From NCBI GenBank assembly GCA_964590345.1, contig CAZPVP010000006.1, positions 1-36,230 of the forward strand: 36,230 bases of DNA, in the 5' to 3' direction. Under the pieces are notes generated by a model, which saw nothing but the letters and a program-made list of their open reading frames with translations, made no database searches and was not told the origin of the DNA. A program made the position numbers and the translations under genes. Shown here piece by piece: positions 33,750 through 36,230 of this stretch; the first letter of the stretch is position 1; each line of letters starts with the position of its first letter. The DNA is from an uncultured Gammaproteobacteria bacterium (lineage in GTDB: Bacteria; Patescibacteriota; Patescibacteriia; CAIXNZ01).

Positions 33750-36068
33750 TTACCGATCAACTCGGGTATAGGTTAAAAATTCCTTTTTAGCATTTATATA
33801 AATTTCTTGTTGGTCATCAAAAAGTTTGTAAACATGAGGATAAGTATTTGCTTTCCAGTATGGCTTGATTTTAAATTCAAAAGTAATTTCTTCACCAGGA
33901 GCAATTTCTTGCCATGATTTCTCAATTGTTTTGTTGTCATGCCAAGACCAGTCGCGAAACCAGGAGTTTGTATAATCAATATCATAACTTTTTAAGATAG
34001 GATTGTCCCATGTTTTACTGCCGGTATTTTTAAAAGTTAATTTGACAGCAGGGCGCCAGTTAGTTTTAACAGCAACTGGCAGCGTGTTCTCAGTAATTTG
34101 AGCCGCATAAGGGGAAATAACTTCAATTGTTTGATCAAATTTATATAATTTTTGATCATTGTAGAGCAAAGTAAGATTATGAGGGAAGGGGGCTACGAGA
34201 TTTGGCGCTTTTAATTTAAATTCAAAAGTAGCTAATGAATTAGGCGCAATGGTTTTTTCTTTAGGCGGGATCAAAGCATATTCAGAGTACCAGGAATTAT
34301 TTCTAAAAGGTGAAATATGCTCTTTTTCATAAATAATATGCAGTTTTAATTTGTCCTGATCCCAGTTTTGATTGCCAGTATTTTTAAACTGCATTAAGAT
34401 TGGTTGCAATTTGTCGGCTGGCATTTGTCTTGGAAAAGTCGATTGAACTGGCACCCCATTGTAAATAGGGGAATTTGTCTTATTTTCTAATTGGCAAGTT
34501 GTACAAGGGATTTTGTTAATAGTAATTGAAAAGTCACTGTTAGGAAAATAACCCTTATTTTGCCAAGCCAAGGTAAAGTCTTTGCTTATTGTTTTTTTGT
34601 TGATAGGCGGAGACAAGGTTAATCTGAATTTGCCGATTTCTCCCGGATAAACATTACCTTCTAATAGTTTATAGCCAGCCAAAGGTTCGTTATCAGTATT
34701 TGTGTTTAAGGCAATATGGACAGAGCCAATTTGAGCCAGCTTATTTTTAATACTGTCATCAGTAATGAATAAGCCAGCGTCTTCATAGCCACGCCAGACT
34801 GCTTGGCCAGTATTTTTAAATTCCACAATCACATCAGCCGTTTTGGTTTCTTCAATATCAAGCTCCTTAGTGCTTATTCTGACAAATTGAGCTGAAGCAG
34901 GCAAAGGTTTTTGATAGCCCCCTAATTCTTGCAAAAGATTATAAGCTAATTGTCGGGTTTGCGGCAATTTATCATAGATTAAATCACCAGGGCAAGCTGT
35001 ATTGCCGACATCGTTGTGGCCAATAACATTAGGTAATATTTGCCCGTGAAATTCGCTTTGGCCTAGTGGATCAATGTTAAATTCACGCGATTTTTGGGCG
35101 ATTAGCTTATTAAGAGCTGTTTTACTATTTTCAGTTAATTTATCCGGAGTATTACAGTTTGAACCCTGTAAATCGCTTTTTTGGCTTTGGTAACAGCCTA
35201 AGATAGCAATACCAATAGTGTTTCGGTTTCGCATATAAGCATGACCGCCAACAATACCATCACCTCCGGCGCGGCCTTCATAGATATTACCCTTTGAATC
35301 AATTAAATAATTATAACCAATATCACCCCAGCCTCGAGCAACTGCGTGCCAATGTTGGATTGCACGAATGGTAGCCATGGGATCAGTGTTAGCGTTTTCA
35401 CCAGCTGTATGATGAATAATAAATTTTTTTGGTAAATAATATTCTTCTTCCCATAAATCTTGACCTTTTTCATCAAATTTATAATTTGGATTAGCGCCCC
35501 ATTGAGCACGAGAAATAATATTTAAAGTGCTATTAGTTCGCGAACTAATTTTATAGCTAAGTTTATGTCCTTTTGTTGTGTTTAAATAAGCAAATTCTAA
35601 ATTTTTCAAAGCAGGTTTTTTTGTGTGAGGATCAAAAATAATTTTATACTGAAAAGTATCAGTTAATTTAGTAGGAATCATTTGGCTGGCTAAAATAAAA
35701 TCACTATTATTTTTGCCATTAATATCATCGTCAAGGCGGATTTTTAACCAATCTGTCCAGCTTTCATTTAAAAATTTAACATAAATATCAAAATTTTGTC
35801 CTAAATTAACCCCATTTTCTGCTTGCCATTTGACAAATAAGGCATTAAAAGGGAAATCAGTTCTTAAAACGGGTGATTTGATTTGATTTTCGCTAATATT
35901 AGCAGAAACAAAAAAGGAACCGGATTGAGTTGGTTCTTTAATAATAATTCGGCCTTCTTTAATTTCAGTAGAAGAATTTGCCTTAACTAAAGCAAAAATT
36001 AGGATAATTGACCAAAATAAGACAAAAATAACAATAAAGTTTGTTTTTATTTTGTGTTTGTAATTCAT
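33750..36068 (-). CDS. secreted/anchored N-acetylmuramoyl-L-alanine amidase (Amidase_2/PGRP-like) with three C-terminal Ig-like repeats
   Basis: IISRAQWGA, IIHHTAG, WGDIGYNY, IYEGRAGG, GHNDV...TACPG zinc ligands; FKNTG...W repeated three times (NBR1/Ig-like). Confidence 0.9.
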   Translation of the reverse strand: MNYKHKIKTNFIVIFVLFWSIILIFALVKANSSTEIKEGRIIIKEPTQSGSFFVSANISENQIKSPVLRTDFPFNALFVKWQAENGVNLGQNFDIYVKFLNESWTDWLKIRLDDDINGKNNSDFILASQMIPTKLTDTFQYKIIFDPHTKKPALKNLEFAYLNTTKGHKLSYKISSRTNSTLNIISRAQWGANPNYKFDEKGQDLWEEEYYLPKKFIIHHTAGENANTDPMATIRAIQHWHAVARGWGDIGYNYLIDSKGNIYEGRAGGDGIVGGHAYMRNRNTIGIAILGCYQSQKSDLQGSNCNTPDKLTENSKTALNKLIAQKSREFNIDPLGQSEFHGQILPNVIGHNDVGNTACPGDLIYDKLPQTRQLAYNLLQELGGYQKPLPASAQFVRISTKELDIEETKTADVIVEFKNTGQAVWRGYEDAGLFITDDSIKNKLAQIGSVHIALNTNTDNEPLAGYKLLEGNVYPGEIGKFRLTLSPPINKKTISKDFTLAWQNKGYFPNSDFSITINKIPCTTCQLENKTNSPIYNGVPVQSTFPRQMPADKLQPILMQFKNTGNQNWDQDKLKLHIIYEKEHISPFRNNSWYSEYALIPPKEKTIAPNSLATFEFKLKAPNLVAPFPHNLTLLYNDQKLYKFDQTIEVISPYAAQITENTLPVAVKTNWRPAVKLTFKNTGSKTWDNPILKSYDIDYTNSWFRDWSWHDNKTIEKSWQEIAPGEEITFEFKIKPYWKANTYPHVYKLFDDQQEIYINAKKEFLTYTRVDR

Positions 36069-36230
36069 TTTGTTTTTATTTTTAGATAAAAAACCTAATC
36101 CTTGAACGATTAGGTTAATTAGCTTTATATAAACATTATAGCATAATTTTTTAAACTTGTAAATAGGTTATAATGGGGTATACTAAACAAAAAGAAACAG
36201 GTATAGTAAGATAATGTAAAAGAAAACCTA

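Overview
AT-rich bacterial chromosomal segment spanning the replication origin (yidD-rnpA-rpmH / dnaA-oriC-dnaN). TGA is used as a stop codon. Gene content points to a Patescibacteria/CPR (Parcubacteria-like) genome: a tandem array of VirB2/TrbC-like pilins, a lone solute-binding lipoprotein, CPR-type GT-C membrane proteins, and core genes mostly lacking Shine-Dalgarno sites. This taxonomy is inferred from gene content only. The left half holds housekeeping genes (YfcE phosphoesterase, MgtC, inositol monophosphatase, DEDD exonuclease, EamA, clan-A glycoside hydrolase, M20 peptidase, PBP1A, ruvC, yebC), orphan single-gene cassettes and several families of short palindromic repeats. One of those repeats is inserted in frame inside a protein. 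The right half (about 17.3-36 kb) is a cell-surface block: an STT3/AglB-like glycosyltransferase, a GT2, three more GT-C-type proteins, ten divergent pilin paralogues (some with Cys-rich tails), a solute-binding lipoprotein, galU and a secreted amidase. Top leads: (1) the pilin array facing a putative protein-glycosylation cluster; (2) an unannotated 17-aa (xxxGG)x3 peptide with a perfect RBS and a GC hairpin, ahead of an M20 peptidase with an Asp-to-Asn change at a metal ligand; (3) the in-frame REP-like insertion; (4) a candidate multi-hairpin ncRNA at about 1345-1485. No CRISPR array, tRNA, rRNA or transposase was seen.
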